Shown here piece after piece: positions 50,575-53,741 of a stretch of 53,741 nt of DNA. The DNA comes from Octopus bimaculoides (lineage: Eukaryota), in the NCBI RefSeq assembly GCF_001194135.2, contig NC_068982.1, positions 126,436,773-126,490,513 on the forward strand. The letters are read 5' to 3'. Position 1 is the first letter of the stretch. Every line of letters begins with the position of its first letter. The position numbers and the translations under genes were made by a program. Below the pieces are notes generated by a model. The model was given only the letters and a program-made list of their open reading frames with translations. It was not told where the DNA came from and ran no database searches.

Positions 50575-51628
50575 NNNNNNNNNNNNNNNNNNNNNNNNNN
50601 NNNNNNNNNNNNNNNNNNNNNNNNNNNNNNNNNNNNNNNNNNNNNNNNNNNNNNNNNNNNNNNNNNNNNNNNNNNNNNNNNNNNNNNNNNNNNNNNNNNN
50701 NNNNNNNNNNNNNNNNNNNNNNNNNNNNNNNNNNNNNNNNNNNNNNNNNNNNNNNNNNNNNNNNNNNNNNNNNNNNNNNNNNNNNNNNNNNNNNNNNNNN
50801 NNNNNNNNNNNNNNNNNNNNNNNNNNNNNNNNNNNNNNNNNNNNNNNNNNNNNNNNNNNNNNNNNNNNNNNNNNNNNNNNNNNNNNNNNNNNNNNNNNNN
50901 NNNNNNNNNNNNNNNNNNNNNNNNNNNNNNNNNNNNNNNNNNNNNNNNNNNNNNNNNNNNNNNNNNNNNNNNNNNNNNNNNNNNNNNNNNNNNNNNNNNN
51001 NNNNNNNNNNNNNNNNNNNNNNNNNNNNNNNNNNNNNNNNNNNNNNNNNNNNNNNNNNNNNNNNNNNNNNNNNNNNNNNNNNNNNNNNNNNNNNNNNNNN
51101 TATATATAAACACACACATAGAGAAATAGGTAGGTAGATATTAAATTAGGAAAATATTAAAAAGATTTCTCTCTTTTTCTTCCTCCCCCCCTCTCTCTCT
51201 CTCTCTCTCTTTGATCTCCCACTTCTTATACTTGTATATAGCATTTTGTCTATGTATATATATGATTAAATGCATAATAATATGCAAATAAATGTGTATG
51301 TCTGTGTATGTATGTATGTATGTATGTATCATCATCGCCATCATCATTGTGAAAACACATACGTGTGTGTATACATATATATATATGTAGAGAGAGAGAG
51401 AGTGAATGAGAGCATATATGTACATCTTTATCTATGTATGTAGATAAATACATGCATATACACAAACGAATGCATACACATACACACATATGTATGTGTG
51501 TATGCATGTGTATATATATGTATATATANNNNNNNNNNNNNNNNNNNNNNNNNNNNNNNNNNNNNNNNNNNNNNNNNNNNNNNNNNNNNNNNNNNNNNNN
51601 NNNNNNNNNNNNNNNNNNNNNNNNNNNN

Positions 51629-52385
51629 AAATTACATAAAAATATCTTGAAATACTAAACAGTAAATTTATTCAATAATATCGCCATTGGCTTCGACTAT
51701 GGCCTCCCGACAATTTGGAATTTCCTGCAACTTTTCTGGACAGTCTCCTTGTTTAAGTTGGTGAATGCTGCCATTATCCTTGCCTTCAGTTCATCTTTGG
51801 TGTTAAAAGGAGTTTTGTTGGTCTCTTGTTCAACTGCACCCCACATATAATAATCAAGGGGGTTGCAGTCTGAGGAGTTAGGTGGCCAGATGTTAGAAGT
51901 GATATGGTTGCAGAAATTGTCAGACAGCCATGACTGAGTTCTCCTGCTTGTGTGGCATGGTGCAGAGTCCTGTTTCCGGACATAGGGTGTTCTAGCAGCC
52001 ACCCTCTTGATCCAGGGCAGCACTACCTCCTCCAGGAACTTGATGTAGGCCCCCATGTTGGGTCTGAGGCTGTGTGGGAAGATGAATGGAATCATAACGT
52101 TACTATCATTAGTGATCACTTCAAACACCGTGATGTTGACTGGATGTTTGATTTTTATTACTCTTGTCCTTAGATTGACACCCCAAAACTCTGAAATGTT
52201 CATATTGGAGCTTCTGGCACAAATGCCAAGCAGTACAGAGTGAATTGCATCATAGTGCTGTTTTTCTCACAGACAGTACCCAACTCACCCTACTATACTG
52301 TGTAGTCAGACAAAATCAAAACCAAACAATGCGCATGTGTGAAATTTAAAATATAAAATGGTGCCAATTTACCCATCGTACCCTA
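51629..52385 (-). mobile_element. maT (DD37D) Tc1/mariner element, internally deleted
   Basis: ORF 51697-52203: KHPVNITVFEVI...VLPWI...QDSAPCH...WPPNSSDCNPLDYYMWG, with exactly 37 residues between the last two D. TA-flanked TIR tatagggtac at 52378-52387; the other end lies in an N gap. Confidence 0.9.
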
Positions 52386-52395
52386 TATATAAATG

Positions 52396-52838
52396 TCTAT
52401 AATATAAATCCCATTCTGTCTGTATGTGTGTGTGTTTGTGTAAAAGATTATAACGGCTGTATTTTTCAACTGATTTTCTCCAAACTTGAAATATACATTA
52501 CTTATGTTCCAGGGATGGGTTTAGACTCTTAAGATTTTTCCCATAATGTGTAATGGATCATGCGGGGGCAGAAAACACCCGTTTCTGGGTTACGTGGACA
52601 AGGGAGGTAACTCTATGCGAAGTAACTTTCAGAAATTGATTGTCTCCCTTACAGGTCATAAAAAAATTTAAAATATTGCTTTTTATATTAGATTCAAATC
52701 TTTGAAAGTTTTTAAAACTATTTACTCCTGGTTTTCGAGCGTCAGTAACGTCTATATATCTCTAGCTATATCTCTATTCATCTCTATCTATCTATCTATA
52801 TCTATCTCTCTATATCTCTCTATCCATCTCTAGCTCTA

Positions 52839-52887
<49 letters not shown>

Positions 52888-53050
52888 GTCAATATCTTCT
52901 CTATCAATATCTATCTTAGCTCCCTCACTCTCCCCACCTCTCTTTATTTCACTCACTCTCTATTGTTTTCACTTTCAATTTTCAGATACTATTGTTTTCA
53001 CTTTAAGTTCAATCACTATCGTTTTCACTGTAAGTTTTCAATCGCAATCA
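52396..53050 (+). mobile_element. Non-autonomous Helitron-like element, 3' end interrupted by RTE
   Basis: TC start tctataatataaatcc, then ctgtctgtatgtgtg and tcaactgattttctccaaactt (Lep1-like 5' layout), internal (TATC)n and short tandem repeats; no terminal hairpin or CTAG seen. Confidence 0.4.
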
Positions 53051-53055
53051 TCACA

Positions 53056-53741
53056 CTTGCACACCACAACTGATGCTTCTTAGGTTCAACTTTTCTCTCA
53101 AGGTACTTACACTCTGTCTAGTATGCACACTGACATTACTCATCCATCGGACCATACTGTCTTCATTCCTTGCGAGCCTATGCATGTCCTCAGCAGTCAC
53201 GGCCTATGTTTCACTGCCATGAAGCATGGCTGTTCGTACACATGCGTCATAGAGTCTGCCCTTTACTCTGAGTGAGGGGCCCCTTGTCACCGGCTGAGGT
53301 AAGAGCTCTCTGAACTTTGCCCAGGCTATTCTTATTCTAGCAGCTACACTTTCAGCGCACACTCCCCCACTACTAACTTGGTCACCTAGATAGCGGAAGC
53401 TATCAACTAAGTCTAGTTTTTCTCCCTGGAATGTGGCCAAAGTTATTTTCTGCACATTTTCAGTGTTTATTGCTCCTGAACATCTGCCACATACAAAAAC
53501 TAACTTGCTAGTTAACTTTCCTTTGATATTGCTGCACCTCTCATGTGTCCATAGTTTGCACTGGGCACATCTTATAGAGTTTCTACCTTCACCTTTTCTA
53601 CAGATTGAGCAGGGCCATCTACCTCAAGGGGTTTGTGTTTTGTCTACCTTCCTACTTATTAGGACTTTGGTTTTAGCTAGGTTGACTTTAAGGCCCTTCG
53701 ATTCTAGTCCTTGCTTCCACACCTGAATCTTATCCTTTAGT
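53056..53741 (-). mobile_element. RTE LINE ORF2 fragment (RT C-terminal half with PHD-type insert)
   Basis: WKQGLESKGLKVNLAKTKVL - PHD - FRYLGDQV...RIRIAWAKFRELLP...KGRLYDACVRTAMLHGSET; runs off the window end; has in-frame stops. Confidence 0.93.

Noticed and set aside
13922-51137. Long ORFs (200-373 aa) at 13922-14918, 20627-21293, 38802-40035 and 50327-51137
   Set aside because: They span N gaps and (TA)n/(TG)n tracts that contain no stops. Only the mariner part of 20640-21470 is real.

Overview
AT-rich eukaryotic DNA with many N gaps and microsatellites. The SINE, RTE and MITE content suggests an octopus or other coleoid cephalopod (inferred from repeat character, not verified). No intact protein-coding gene, rRNA, tRNA or CRISPR array can be supported; most long ORFs in the supplied track are microsatellite or N-gap artefacts. 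Supported content: (1) a decayed Ty3/Gypsy (Mag-like) LTR retrotransposon at 26369-30148 with both LTRs, PBS, PPT and TSD but no RNase H; (2) RTE LINE fragments, one with an intact C4HC3 PHD-type finger inside the RT domain; (3) an R4/Dong-type LINE in two pieces; (4) mariner, maT (DD37D), Tigger/pogo, hAT and piggyBac-type remnants and MITEs; (5) three tRNA-derived SINE families, including a head-to-tail array; (6) Penelope-like termini with decayed hammerhead-like motifs. A CpG-retaining block at about 6.6-14 kb carries CRE, NRF1, E2F, YY1 and DR1-like motifs and sits between CpG-depleted flanks. It looks like an unmethylated, possibly bidirectional promoter, so much of the window may be intronic. 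Host exons are low-confidence candidates only. I found no clearly new multi-gene system; the best leads are the PHD-in-RT LINE, the long inverted repeats, the hammerhead-like modules and the methylation footprint.
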